Below, piece after piece: positions 22,028 through 34,309 of a stretch of DNA of 64,000 bases. Within the stretch, counting starts at the first letter, position 1. Every line of letters starts with the position of its first letter. The position numbers and the translations under genes are program-made. Source of the DNA: Nitrospirales bacterium (GTDB lineage Bacteria; Nitrospirota; Nitrospiria; Nitrospirales; UBA8639); the NCBI GenBank assembly GCA_965203295.1, contig CBDBCZ010000019.1, positions 384,001 through 448,000 on the forward strand, in the 5' to 3' direction. Below the pieces are notes generated by a model. That model saw only the letters and a program-made list of their open reading frames with translations, was not told the DNA's origin and did no database searches.

Positions 22028-22681
22028 TTAGGCCATCTGTAAGAGTTCCCTAATTGTTCCGCTGACCCCTTCAAAAATCTGATGGGGCTTCGCCGTTCCG
22101 TCCATATAGGCTGGTGTGGTGATAATTTTGTTTCCAGGATCGACGACGAAACGCTCAACGGCACAATTAAGGTGTTTCGCTCCGGTTTTTTCTAACTCCG
22201 ATGCCGTGCCTTGATCGTCACCTATCGTGATATTCACACCTTTATTGCCAAAGGCCAAGGCTATAATAGCCGGAGCAATACAGATGGCGGCGATTGGCTT
22301 ACGGCTATCATGAAATTCCTTCACCACTCGTTGGACTTCAGCATCTATTGCCCCAGAACTTCCTTTTTCTGCAAAATTGCAGAGATGAAGCGCGGCTCCA
22401 AATCCACCGGGAAACGCCAGTGCGTCAAAATCTTGAGCCTTCAGATTCTCTATCGGCTGAATGTCTCCTCGTGCAATGCGGGCGGCTTCCTGCATGACAT
22501 TTCTCTGTTTGCCGGTGGGTTTGCTCGTCAGGTGATTGGTTTCTGCAACATCCTTATTCGGGGCAAAAACTTTGTACTCGGCGCCATTCTGTCCAATGGC
22601 AATGAGGGTGCTAATGGCCTCTGTGATTTCGGCTCCATCTAAATAGCCACAACCTGAGAGAATAACAGCAACTTTTTTCAT
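22028..22681 (-). CDS. elbB: Glyoxalase ElbB/ES1 (DJ-1/PfpI superfamily)
   Basis: ILSGCGYLDGAEITE, EAARIARG, PGGFGAA, CIAP, TTPAYM. Confidence 0.92.
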   Translation of the reverse strand: MKKVAVILSGCGYLDGAEITEAISTLIAIGQNGAEYKVFAPNKDVAETNHLTSKPTGKQRNVMQEAARIARGDIQPIENLKAQDFDALAFPGGFGAALHLCNFAEKGSSGAIDAEVQRVVKEFHDSRKPIAAICIAPAIIALAFGNKGVNITIGDDQGTASELEKTGAKHLNCAVERFVVDPGNKIITTPAYMDGTAKPHQIFEGVSGTIRELLQMA

Positions 22682-23592
22682 GATGTCCTCCTATAGGGTC
22701 TTGGTAAAAAAAGGGGTTCCTATATTCATCAGGTCATTATAGTCTTGTACGCTAATACGGTTGGTATCATCAGGTCAACGGAGGAGCAGGCCAAAGGACA
22801 CAAGATCAACTCCCCAAACTACCCTTGACGGTACAGTCGAGATATCCCACATTGGGGCTTTCCGACTGAAATGCAGAAAACTATCAAGGCGGACATAATG
22901 AGGCAAAGGGCGAGCTGTCGGTCTCATTAGGTGTAAAAACTTGAATTTCAGTTGACGGACACTGTCAGATGAAATTAATGATTTGGGAGGCGCTCTGGTA
23001 AGTCTACGAGTGGGGCGCAATGGAGCCAGGCGCCAAGCACGACAGATTCAGTGGTCTAGGTGCTGAGCCTCATGCTTCGGATGGTTTGAGAGAGGGGAAG
23101 CGGTTGCGCGAACGTGCAACAGAAGGTGTCCAAGCCTTTTAAATACCCTGGTGCCCAGACTTTGCTATCGGATTCGCAAAAGCCGGAAGATTCACAACAT
23201 GACACACCAGCCGCGATGTGACTTTCTGTCGACTGAGCCACCTCCCTACCTCCCCCTTCTTCCAAAAACACATAGTGATTTTGTCGCTCTCGCGTTATAA
23301 GAACTGGGGAGGTAAGTATTCAGTGTGTGTTCGAATTCCTACTTCTGTGCAAATAAAAAATCTAAACTTTTATTTTTCAAATAGTTAGCCAAGTTTTGAG
23401 TCGGGAGGATCGTAATTCAGAACAAGAAATCCCAAAAGCTTCTCTTGGCCTAACTTTTCTTCCATCTAAACAAAGGGACGTCAGGTTCATTTTGAACCAC
23501 AAAATCGACACTCTTGAACCATCCATGAATTCATGATTCCATGTTCGTATCCAACCCCTTTTCTATATCGTAACGCCGAAAGGAGTCTCACC

Positions 23593-24327
23593 ATGATTCG
23601 CATCTTCCTGATCAATACCATTCTCCTATTCGCAGACTTGGTTCCGGCTTGGACGCAGTTCGGTGACTTCTTCGAACAACTCAAAGACTTCGGTATTGGA
23701 CAGCCTCGTGGCTTGAGCGAGCTCAGTGACATGAAAATTGAATCCGGCTTAAGGGAGGCCTTGCAGGTTGGAACCCAAAACGCTGCGAATCTAACAGGGC
23801 AACTCGACGGATTCTTGGGGAACGAGGCGATCAAAATCCTGATGCCTGAGAAACTCCAAACCCTGGATCAAGCATTACGGATGGTCGGGTACGGATCACA
23901 ATTGGATGAATTTGTGGTGAGTATGAACCGGGCTGCAGAACAGACGGCCCCATTGGCCAAACCTATCTTCGAAGATGCGATCAAGCAAATGAGTTTTGAA
24001 GACGTGAAACAAATTTTCAACGGTGGAGACACGGCGGCCACAGACTACTTCAAGGAGAAAACGAGTGACGAGCTCGCTGTCGCATTTCAACCAAAAGTAG
24101 AGCAGACAATGAACCAGATTGGGGTCACGCAACAATACAAAGACTTAGTAGGGCGCTACAGCGCCATTCCTTTTGTGAAATCTGAAATGTTTGATCTCGA
24201 CCAATATGTGGTCAACGGAGGGCTCGATGGCCTGTTCCATGTTCTCGCTGAGGAAGAGCGCAAAATCCGTACGGACCCAACTGCACAGGTCACGGATTTG
24301 CTCAAAGAAGTCTTTGCGAAAAAGTGA
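23593..24327 (+). CDS. DUF4197 family exported protein
   Basis: GLREALQVG, IKILMP, MNRAAE, AATDYF, GLFHVLAEEERKIR.DP..LLKEVF. Confidence 0.88.
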   Translation: MIRIFLINTILLFADLVPAWTQFGDFFEQLKDFGIGQPRGLSELSDMKIESGLREALQVGTQNAANLTGQLDGFLGNEAIKILMPEKLQTLDQALRMVGYGSQLDEFVVSMNRAAEQTAPLAKPIFEDAIKQMSFEDVKQIFNGGDTAATDYFKEKTSDELAVAFQPKVEQTMNQIGVTQQYKDLVGRYSAIPFVKSEMFDLDQYVVNGGLDGLFHVLAEEERKIRTDPTAQVTDLLKEVFAKK

Positions 24328-24399
24328 CAGAGAGGTCATAACGAGTCATTACCGAACTAACCGACCCTTGCGACGACTCGGTCGAGACGGAAACGAGTG

Positions 24400-25031
24400 T
24401 CTTTAGCTTACGTGAGTTTTCTGTTTTTGCTCATTCCCACCGCACCTGTGTATGGGGAACATATGAGAGATATGACGGCGAATACCTGACTGATGCCAAT
24501 AATCAGTTCAGCTATGGCTTTCAGTCTAAATGGAAAGCGTTTCCGGACTTGACGTTCACACAAAATTTGTACTATGGCCCTGATCAGGACAACACGGATA
24601 TCCAATTCTGGCGGGTTCTTTCGGACTCAATTCTGGAGTGGGAAAGCGAACCGTTTTTGGTCGCTGCGGCTTATGATGTCGGAACGGAAAAGCAGGCTGA
24701 TCAACGCGGTAACCCTCGGTTTGTTTGGATGGCCGCAGCTGTGTGGACACTGTGGCATATCCACGGACCATGGAGCCTAGCTGTGCGACCTGAATTGTAT
24801 TAGGATCAAAACAGGCTGATCACCGGAGCAGAGCAGTTGATTCAAGCCATGACCACCACTGTGGAATACAAAATGCCTCACATGTTTTCTCTGACCCCCG
24901 TGGCAAAATTAGAGTATCGGTATGATGAATCAACGGGTTCAGACGGGGTGTTCTTCAAAGGAGAAAAGAACCGATTGGTTAGCGATCAGCAACAGTTAAT
25001 ATTGGCCCTCACGTGGGCTTTCGATCGGTAA
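24400..25031 (+). pseudogene. Outer-membrane beta-barrel porin fragment (internal deletion, TAG at 24801)
   Basis: YYGPDQ, RPELY*D, LEYRYD, C-terminal LTWAFDR. Confidence 0.65.
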
Positions 25032-25145
25032 TGAGGAAATGCGTGGGTGCACAAATGGTTAAAGATGTCGGGTGGAAGCAGCACAGCTTGGAGAAAATGC
25101 TGCATATGCTTTCTGATAGCATGTTTCCAACTGATGTAATGACAA

Positions 25146-26976
25146 TTAGCGGCCTAATATGCGGTCCAAGTTGAACGCCGCACTGATCAAAGCCAGATGA
25201 GTAAAAGCCTGGAGGAAGTTCCCGAGAGCCTCTCCGCTAGGTCCGGTTTCCTCGGCATACAGACCCACATGGTTTGCGTACCCAAGCATCTGCTCAAAGA
25301 TAAGACGTGCCTCCTCGAGTTTGGTTGGATCAACGCGTCCGGCTCGTGTCATGGCTTCAACTAACCAGAACGTGCAGATGTTAAATGTACCCTCTTCTCC
25401 CTTGAGCCCATCCGCTGTTTTGTCCAGATTGTAACGATAGACTAGACTGTTCGAGACAAGTCCTCATTTATCTGGCGATTGGAGCGTCGAATCCAGCGTT
25501 TTTAACGTTCTATGGTCCCCAGGTGAGAGGAAAAAGACCAACGGCATCATCAGATTGGCAGCATCTAAGGTGTCACATCCGTATCGCTGGACAAAGGCCT
25601 GACGAGATTCGCTCCACCCCTGGGTCATGATTTCCTCGTAAATGGCATCTCGTACGCTAAGCCATTTCAACCGATCGGCTGGGAAGGAGCGTTTTTCGGC
25701 CAACCGAAGCCCCCGGTCTACGGCAACCCAGCACATGAGCTTGGAGTAGATGAAATGCTGCTGCCCTCCGCGAACTTCCCAGACATCCTCGTCTTTTCGG
25801 TGCCAGTTATCGCATACCCAATTAATGAGACGTCGAAGATCAGCCCATAGGTCGAACGAAATGGGAACACCATGTTTATTGTACAGATAGACCGAATCCA
25901 TCAATTCACCGTAAATATCAAACTGCAACTGACCATAGGCGCCGTTCCCCACTCGCACAGGAGAAGAACCCTTGTATCTTTCAAGGTGGGGCAATGTTTC
26001 CTCGGTGAGTGTGTGGCGGCCATCGATCCCATACATGATTTGCAAAGAGCCGTCTGGATTGGGTTCATGGCACCGGCTTTCAATCCACTTCATGAATTGG
26101 GCGGCCTCCTCCGTGAAACCGATCCGGAGCAATCCATATACGGTGAAAGACGCATCACGAATCCAGGTATACCGATAGTCCCAGTTACGCTCTCCACCAA
26201 TACCTTCTGGAAGGCTGCATGTGGGCGCAGCCACAATGGCCTCGGTTGGTTCAAAGGTTAAGAGTTTTAGGACCAGAGCTGAGCGTTGCACCATCTCGCG
26301 CCAACGTCCAGTATAGGTGTATTTACCTAGCCATCGTCGCCAATACGCCACGGTTTGTCGAAACAGGGCATCCGCCTCTTGGGGAGATAACGACACATGA
26401 GGACATTGCTTAGAACCAAGCTCACCCAGCACGAAGTCGGCTTCTTGCCCTTCATGAAGGGCAAAATCGGCCACCACTCCCTTTCCATCTTTTTTTAGAA
26501 CCGTCTTGGTATGGAGCGCCAGACTCAAATCGGATGAGTGAAAGGTCACGCATGTCGGATCGAGTTGTATCTGATGATCGCTGCGAGCATAGTTAAAGGC
26601 CGGGTGGCACTCCACATGAAAGTGCATAGTTCCACGGATGACCTGGAGCCGCCGAATGAGACACTGATAACCAGGCTCATTTTCTTTGAGACCCACGGGC
26701 ATAAAGTCGACCACTTGCCCGACACCCTCTGGTGAGAGAAACCGCGTGACCATAACGTTCGTGTCAGGCCAGTAGTACTGCTTGTGCTGAATACCATCCG
26801 CAGCCGGCGCGATTTTAAATCGTCCCCCTTTTTGATCATCTAAGATAGCAGCAAAGACGCTGGGCGAATCTAAAGTAGGGCATACAGAGCCAATCGATAG
26901 AACCGTCCATGCCGACCAAGGCGGTTGTTCGCATATTACCGATCAGTCCGTAGTCTTCAATAGGTTGATACGCCAT
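25146..26976 (-). pseudogene. Glycoside hydrolase family 15 (glucoamylase/trehalase), frameshift near 26870 and TGA at 25464
   Basis: [49 protein letters not shown]. Confidence 0.92.
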
Positions 26977-27021
26977 CTGTCAACTTGCCTCCAATTTAAT
27001 GAAAAGATGTTTCTCTTAAGG

Positions 27022-27177
27022 GGAGTTTCAAGTTTAAGGTTTCGGGTTTGGAGTTTCGTGTTAAAAAGACTTTGATTTTTGAGTCACAAAGGAGTTTCTG
27101 TTTTGAGTTAGTTTGGCGCATCTGCATGATCAATTTCTCCATAACTCTAAACTATAAACTCGGAACTCTAAACCTTT
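27022..27177. repeat. Inverted blocks of degenerate heptamer repeats
   Basis: ggagttt caagttt aaggttt cgggttt ggagttt versus aactcta aactata aactcgg aactcta. Confidence 0.75.
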
Positions 27178-27291
27178 TTAACTTGGTCGCAGGAAATCCC
27201 AACTTCATCTGACCGTGTCCGTCGACTGAAATTCAAGTTTTTACAAAATTAGGAATCAAATATTGCAGTCAACTCTGATTTCAAAGATTCT

Positions 27292-27930
27292 TTACCCATC
27301 CAACACACTTGATAAAGGGCTAAACAGATCACCATGATAGACAGTCGATAACTCGACTCGTCCCAAATGTGGCACCGCCTGTTGATGTCGGCTCTCGATC
27401 TTAAAGATCGCCGTCTGGACCATTCTACTTATCAGATAATTTGCCAACTCCACTCTCGACACGGCACGCGTTGCTGATATATGCCGAACACCAGTCTCCG
27501 CACTCTGGGCTAATTGCATCACTCGCATCGCTAAATCGCGCTGCCAGACGACCGATCGATATTCACCCTGAATAATGGTGATGGGAAGGTTGCGCTGGGT
27601 TCGGTATCGTAGCCAGTCCAAATGCCCGGTTCGACCATCCGGCGAGCTGCCGATCCCGAGTCCTGCCCGAATCACCAAGGAGCCTGTGCGTCTCAAGACC
27701 AGATGTTCGGCTTCGACCCGAGTCTTTCCATATACACTAATGGGGCAAGCGTGGGATTCTTCCGTGTAGACACCATCTCCACCAAACACATGATCGGATG
27801 ACACATATACCAACCTCGTGTGCTCAGGCAAAGTCGCCATGACTCGATCGAGCTGTTGCACGTTCATCTCATACGCCCAAGCAGGATACGTCTCGCACTT
27901 TGGCACATCACAGACGGCATGGCAGTACAA
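27292..27930 (-). pseudogene. RmlD-like SDR oxidoreductase, 5' truncated
   Basis: VYVSSDHVFGG, PISVYGKTR; N-terminal glycine-rich NAD-binding motif missing. Confidence 0.7.
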
Positions 27931-28091
27931 CTGAATCGATTTTCCCAGAGTTCATAGATAATCCGGCATTTGTCTGCCCACTGCCTCTATAACCTTATAA
28001 TCTATGGTATGCACAATGATCACACAAGGGTCTCTCATCCCCTTGTGACAGACTATTTTGATAAGTTCTTAGGAAGGATTCTATCCATCGT

Positions 28092-29055
28092 ATGATTACC
28101 GAGTTCCTTGTAACCGCAGGAGAAACCCGCAAACGTCTCGACGTCTTTCTGTGTCACCGTGAGCCGGATATTTCCCGCTCAGGTGTCCAGAATTTGATCG
28201 AGCTTGGGCGCATCCGGCTCAACGAGCAAGTCGTAAGACCGAGCCAAAAAATCAAACCCGGAGACAGAATCACGATGGATGTGCCCCAACCAGGGACGTT
28301 ACTGTCGAATGGAGAGTCGATTCCCCTGGAGATCCTTTACGAAGATGATGTTCTTCTGGTGCTCAACAAACCCTCTGGGATCGTGGTGCATCCCACGTCC
28401 GGAAATTGGTCAGGAACATTGATGAATGCGCTGTTGTCCTATTTTCAGGCCTCCGAGGAAACTGTCTTCACCATGGGAGGAAAAGCACGACTAGGGCTGG
28501 TCCATCGGCTGGACAAGGACACTTCTGGAGTGATGGTGATTGCGAAGACTGATCGGGCTCACCGTTCGCTGGCTGCTCAGTTTGAACAGCACACAATCAC
28601 CCGAACCTACGAAGCGCTGGTATGGAGTTTACCTCAGCACGATCACGGAATGATCGTGCTAGCCATTGGTCGGGATACGAACGATCCGAAGATTTGCCCA
28701 TCAAGCACGGCACAACCCAAAGACGCTGTGACGGAGTATCGCGTCGAGCATCGATTTGGGATCATAGCTTCCCATGTATTGCTGCTTCCACGCACAGGCC
28801 GAACGCATCAGCTCCGCGTTCACGTCACTCGGTTGCCCGATCTTGGGCGATCAGACCTATGGTGGTCGGACGGTTTGTCGGGTGGATGGGATCGAGATTC
28901 GACGGATGATGCTGCATGCGCGCACCTTGGGGTTTCAACATCCTTCGTTGGGGACCTTTCAGAAATACACAGCACACCTGCCGTCCGATATGCAGACGGT
29001 GTATCAAGCATTACAACGTGAAACTGAGATTAAGTGTTCTTACTCTTCTCCCTGA
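28092..29055 (+). pseudogene. RluA/RluD-family pseudouridine synthase, frameshift near 28826
   Basis: S4 domain, NKPSGIVVHP, HRLDKDTSG, TGRTHQLRVH; LGCPILGD..LHA..L.F.HP in another frame. Confidence 0.9.
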
Positions 29056-29147
29056 TTGGTCATTCACAGTCTCTCGGAATGATCGAATTCCAAATGGCTA
29101 GGTCAGACGCCAATAATAAACCTTGACAAATGTAAAGGAGAAGGTCC

Positions 29148-29900
29148 ATGGCAAAAAGACTCGAAGGAAAAGTGGCAGTCATCACAGGTGGGAACAGCGG
29201 CATTGGATTGGCGACAGCCAAATTGTTTCAGGCAGAAGGTGCGAAAGTCGTCATTACAGGCAGAAGGAAAGAGGCCGTGGAAACTGCCGTGAAAGAAATC
29301 GGAGGGAATAGTACTGGATTCACATCGGATACCGGAAACCTGTATGCCATTCGCGAATTATATAAGGCCATTACCGAGCAGGTTGGAAAAATCGATGTAT
29401 TGTTTTTGAATGCCGGGATCGCGAAATTTGGTCCGTTTTCATCCGTTGATGAGGCTACCTTTGATGAAATGGTGAATGTAAACCTGAAAGGATTATTTTT
29501 TAATGTTCAACATGCATTACCCATCCTCAACGACAACGCCTCCATCATTTTGAATACCACCGTGGCCGATCAAAAAGGCTTTCCAGGCACGAGTGTCTAT
29601 GCTGCGACAAAAGCTGGAGTCCGGAGCCTTGCTCGAACCTTTTCTGCAGAACTTGTTGAAAGAGGTATACGGGTGAATGCCGTAGCTCCCGGGCCTATTG
29701 AAACACCGATTTTTGGAAAGGTAGGCGTGCCAGAAGAAGGGATTCCTGGAATGAAGGATGGTTTTAGGAACGGTGTTCCAATGAAACGGTTAGGCAGTGC
29801 TGACGAGGTTGGCAAAGCCGCGCTTTTTCTGGCATCGGATGATTCCTCGTATGTGTTAGGTGCGGAGTTGTTGGTTGATGGAGGGCTGGCTCATCTGTAA
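29148..29900 (+). CDS. Short-chain dehydrogenase/reductase
   Basis: TGGNSGIG, NAG, YAATK, IRVNAVAPG, VDGG. Confidence 0.95.
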   Translation: MAKRLEGKVAVITGGNSGIGLATAKLFQAEGAKVVITGRRKEAVETAVKEIGGNSTGFTSDTGNLYAIRELYKAITEQVGKIDVLFLNAGIAKFGPFSSVDEATFDEMVNVNLKGLFFNVQHALPILNDNASIILNTTVADQKGFPGTSVYAATKAGVRSLARTFSAELVERGIRVNAVAPGPIETPIFGKVGVPEEGIPGMKDGFRNGVPMKRLGSADEVGKAALFLASDDSSYVLGAELLVDGGLAHL

Positions 29901-29980
29901 GTGGATGACGAAGGCAGCGATGTCTAGAGAAACGGGGAAAGCGCAGAATGTCTCGTTTCTCCTTCGTTTAAAAGCAAATC

Positions 29981-30619
29981 CTATGATTGCTGACGTGTCG
30001 AAGAATGAAAATTGAAACGACAAGTGACTCCGTCTCTCACAATACATTCTTCTTGAGTCGCTTCATGGTTTTCGAGTAGTCCCTCTAACGGGGCTAAATC
30101 GAATTGGCAGACTTCAGGATGTTTGTCTGCCAACTTATGATACACATAATTATGGGCTGAGAGCATGGGAAGTTCCCTGGAAGCAGGGGGGAGCACTTGG
30201 GATTCATAACCCAGCTCATTTAAGATCAGATTCACTTCCTCGATTTTTTCATCAAGAGATTTTCCCGCCAGCCTCGGTCGTAACTGCTGACCGACATCTG
30301 TTGCCAGTTCTCGAAGAAAACTCGTCAATCCTTCAGAGCCCAATCTGTCTTTGAGGGAGTCGAGCATGAGCTCAGAAAACCAGGAGTATTGCTTAGGCAA
30401 ATAGTCAATTCCTTTACCCGTAATCAAGTAAACATACCCGGGCCGACCTCCTGTTTTTTTAAAATTCCCCTTGGTGACCAGCCCATCACGTTCCAAATTC
30501 GTCAAATGTTGGTTCACGGCTGTTCGACTAATCCCGAGACTGGTTTCCAGTTTTGGAATTGAAAGCCCCTCACGGTGATCTTTCAAAAGAAGAAGGATCT
30601 CTCTTTGTCTTGTTGACAT
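29981..30619 (-). CDS. SufR-like (COG2345) HTH regulator with C-terminal cysteines
   Basis: AVNQHLTNLERDG, GGRP, HPEVC, CIVRDGVTCRF. Confidence 0.8.
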   Translation of the reverse strand: MSTRQREILLLLKDHREGLSIPKLETSLGISRTAVNQHLTNLERDGLVTKGNFKKTGGRPGYVYLITGKGIDYLPKQYSWFSELMLDSLKDRLGSEGLTSFLRELATDVGQQLRPRLAGKSLDEKIEEVNLILNELGYESQVLPPASRELPMLSAHNYVYHKLADKHPEVCQFDLAPLEGLLENHEATQEECIVRDGVTCRFNFHSSTRQQS

Positions 30620-30755
30620 CAGACTCTACTCTCTCCGATTTACATTAATAAAATCAATACGATGCAGTGCCCGTGAAAAGGGGTCATTTTCGGCATTCAG
30701 CACAGGAATCTAAACTTTACCAAAACTTTACAAAATGTTTAACCAAGGGGGACGT

Positions 30756-32085
30756 ATGAATGAACCAGCAAGACATAAGTCGATCATTAAACGCCTCGCG
30801 CTGTGCGGAGGAGTTTGCATTTTTCTGATTCTTCAGGTCTTCGCTGCCTATGGAGACTCCGATCACAAAAAACATAACAAGGGTTCCCAATCTCAAGTCT
30901 TACTAGATGCTAAAAAGATTATCAAAAAAGGGCGACACACGTTTCGTTTCGATACGTTCGGGGACGAAGCCTTTTGGGGAGATACCCTAAGATTACATCA
31001 AGCCATAGCTGGTGAAAACAATGGAGGGGTTGGCCCAGGAGTGAGCCCGAACACCGCTCTAGCCGTCGGCTTAAAAGTTGATAAACGAGCGTTACCCAAA
31101 TCCCTTCGAAAAGCAATCAAAAATGGGAACGTCGACCTCAATGATCCAGCCACGACTCTCGCCTTGCTCAAGCTCAATGCGGTCGTAGGTGTCACGGGGT
31201 TCATGACTACGGAACATTGCAATCCATGGGCATTCAATGTGCGCTGTGTCACTCCACGGTAGATGATTCGTTTGCTCCGGGGATTGGCAATCGACTGGAT
31301 GGATGGGCCAATCAAGATCTCAACGTCGGGGCCATTATCGCCTTAGCGCCTGACCTGAGTTTTTTCTCAAACTTGCTGAACCTCTCTGAAGATACCGTAC
31401 GCTCCGTTCTGAACACGTGGGGGCCAGGAAAATTTGACGCCCAATTGTTATTGGACGGGAAAAATGCTCCAACTCTTATTCCCCCAGCGTTTGGTCTGGC
31501 GGGTGTGAATCTCCACACCTAGACCGGGTGGGGGTCGGTGACCCATTGGAACGCCTTTGTGGCGGTGCTGGAAATGGGCGGGCAGGGAACATTATTCGAC
31601 CCACGTCTCAACGACGAAGAGAAATTTCCCATTGCTACAGAAAATGGTTTTTACAATGTTCGACGAAAGCCAGACTTTGTGACCAAAAAACTCCCAGCTT
31701 TACAATTTTATCAGCTTGCATTAAAGGCGCCTCGAGCTCCTTGTGGAAGTTTCAATAAAGTCGCGGCCAAAAGGGGCGAGAGGGTGTTCAACGAGAAGGG
31801 CAAATGTGCGGGATGCCATGTTCCGCCAATTTTTACCGAACCCGGATGGAATATGCATCCTGGGGAAGAGATTGGGATTGACAATGTCCAAGCGGAAAGA
31901 GGTCTGGAAAACGCGTACCGAACAACCCCTCTAAAAGGACTCTGGACGCATACGAAGCGAGGATTTTTCCATGATGGGCGATTCGCCACTCTCTTAGATG
32001 TCGTCAATCACTATGACCGGTTTTTAATTTAGAGCTGACGTCAACCGAAAAACACTATCTCGTTGAATACATGAAATCTCTGTAG
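30756..32085 (+). pseudogene. Exported di-heme c-type cytochrome-like protein, two frameshifts and TAG at 31520
   Basis: Signal peptide, FRFDTFGDE.FW, CALCH, CAGCH, YRTTPL, FFHDGRF. Confidence 0.8.
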
Positions 32086-32116
32086 AAGGAAAAGTAAGAT
32101 AATCTTCCTCTATCTT

Positions 32117-32145
32117 CCTCACGGCAGCTTCGTGCTGCCGTGAGG
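32117..32145. terminator. Strong hairpin between convergent genes
   Basis: cctcacggcagc-ttcgt-gctgccgtgagg, perfect 12-bp stem. Confidence 0.7.
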
Positions 32146-32197
32146 CAATAAATTCACCTTTTAGGTGGACGTTGGGGCTACAAAGAAAAGCACCTCC

Positions 32198-32494
32198 CTA
32201 ATTACTCATTTTTCCCAGAACTCCTCCAATCTCCTCTTCCGTAAAAGCGCGAAGAGTTTCTGTACGGACATTGCCCAGAGCACACCCGGCCATCATAACG
32301 GCCTCAGCTGTGGCATCATCTGGGGCTTCAAAAATAATGACCCCGTCATACTGGCCCATGGTCCAGTAGATGTTTTTCACCGCCCCGCCAGCCTTTTTGA
32401 TTGAAGCTTTAAACTTCGCTGCTTGCTGGGCCGTGTCTTCCACATTGCGAATACCTTGCTCCGTCCATCCAAACAGGCAAATAAACGTCGACAT
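32198..32494 (-). CDS. GYD domain protein (second paralog)
   Basis: WTEQGIRNV..YWTMGQYD..EAPDD..GNVRTETLRAF; RBS aaggagg. Confidence 0.88.
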   Translation of the reverse strand: MSTFICLFGWTEQGIRNVEDTAQQAAKFKASIKKAGGAVKNIYWTMGQYDGVIIFEAPDDATAEAVMMAGCALGNVRTETLRAFTEEEIGGVLGKMSN

Positions 32495-32857
32495 AACCCA
32501 CCTCCTTATTTTTATTAGAGGTTGAGTGTCCACACAAAACTTCTTCCCGTTCTGCCTTGGAACTCATATTAGGTTATGCTCATAAATCCAGCCTTGCAAT
32601 AAGGAGATGGGAAATACCTTGGCCCAGTCAAACTTCTAAAGCAGTTTGAACGTGATTATCGATACAGCCACCTGGCTCAGTTCACAGCCGCTTGATAAAT
32701 CGGGAAGATTACATATACCCCTCAATATCCCTTTGAGTTAAACTGTGAGGCATCACTATGGAGTGAACCGAACAAGTTGGGAAACAGTGAGTAAAGCTCC
32801 CTACCTTTCCGGGTGGGGCATTCTGGCAGGTTTCGTAAAGAACGGAGATCGAAAACC

Positions 32858-34248
32858 ATGTTACAGCACACGAACCCTTCATCTCGAGGCGGAAGAACGA
32901 AATTCGTCTGGATGATACGCTACAAGAGCGCAAACGAGATCGGCGTCTTATCAGATCTCGTGTCAGCCATCGCGAAACAAGGAGGCAGTATTGGCGACGT
33001 CAAAACGCTGAAGCTTGGAGAATTTTACATTTGGCGAGACGTCACGATTATTGCCGATGATCGAGAACACTTTGCGCATATCCTCAAAGCCGTGAGGGCA
33101 CTGAAGAAGACTAAAGTTGAGCAAGTCATCGATGAAGTGCTCGAACGGCACCAAGGCGGGAAAATCAGGCTCGAACTGAACCATCCGATCGAGACCCTCA
33201 ATGATATGCTGGCCGTCTACACACCAGGTGTCGCCGAAGTCTGTCATCTCATTCATAAGGATCCAAAAGAGGCTTACAATTACACGTGGATTCACCGGAC
33301 CATCGCGCTCATTACAAACGGGAGCCGCACGCTAGGCTTGGGGAATATTGGCCCATTGGCAGCCATGCCAGTCATGGAAGGCAAGGCTGCTCTGTTCAGA
33401 AAATTCACTGGATATAATATGGTCCCGATCCCAATTCATGCCACAGACCCGCAGACATTCATCGACACCGTCCTGCAGATCTCACCTGGATTTGGTGCGA
33501 TCCATTTGGAGGATATTTCAGCCCCGGAATGCTTTGAAATCGAAACCGAGCTCGTGAAACATCTGAATATACCAGTCATGCACGATGACCAGCATGGGAC
33601 AGCAGTGGTCTGTTTGGCCGCAGTTATCAATGCCTGCCGTATGGTCAACGGGATCTGAAGAAGGTAAAGATTGGTCAAATCGGACTTGGGGCAGCCGGCA
33701 GCGCCATTGCGCGGCTGATCATGGCCTATACCAAGCGCAAGGTGTGGTGCTGTGACAAAAACCCAGCTGCTGTCGCGCGTCTCGAGGCGTTCAGTCGTAA
33801 TAGCGCAACCTTGGATGATGTGACGAAGCACTGCGACGTCCTCATTTCAACCACAGGCGTCAAGGAACTGATCACTCCCTCCATGCTGAAAAAGCGACAA
33901 ATCATCCTTGCGCTGACCAACCCGATCCCAGAAATCACGGAAGAACAAGCGCTGAATGCTGGGGCCGCCTTCTACTCCGACGGACGACAAGTCAACAATC
34001 TGCTGGTCTATCCCGGTATTTTCAAAGGAGCACTGGACACGCAAGCCACGAAGATCAACGACGCCATGCTTTTCGCCGCGGTACAAGCCATCGTGGATGC
34101 CAAACCCCAAGGCGAAATTATTCCTAGTCCACTAGACCCCAAGGTTCACAGAGAAGTCACACGAGCGGTGGCCAAAGCGGCAATAAAGAGCGGGGTGGCG
34201 CAAAAGCTATTTGACGAAGAATAGTTCGATTTCGAGGAAAAGAAGTAG
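32858..34248 (+). pseudogene. ACT-domain NAD(P)-dependent malic enzyme, frameshift near 33655, TAG at 34222
   Basis: VYTPGVA, LGLGNIG, MEGKA, LEDI, HDDQHGTA, ALTNP.PEI, QVNN. Confidence 0.9.
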
Positions 34249-34309
34249 GGATAAGATAGCGACTCACAACTCTTAAGAGTGGTCAAGCTCAAAGTTGTTG
34301 GCGAGCATC

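Larger units (their letters stand above)
22932..27245. mobile_element. Non-autonomous element bounded by 42-bp terminal inverted repeats
   Basis: tgtaaaaacttgaatttcagttgacggacactgtcagatgaa (22932-22973) matches the reverse complement of 27204-27245 at 40/42; no transposase recognised inside. Confidence 0.7.

Noticed and set aside
23320..23390. tRNA T-arm-like gttcgaattcct and an IHF-like site (possible att remnant)
   Set aside because: No acceptor or anticodon stems and no integrase; too short to support.
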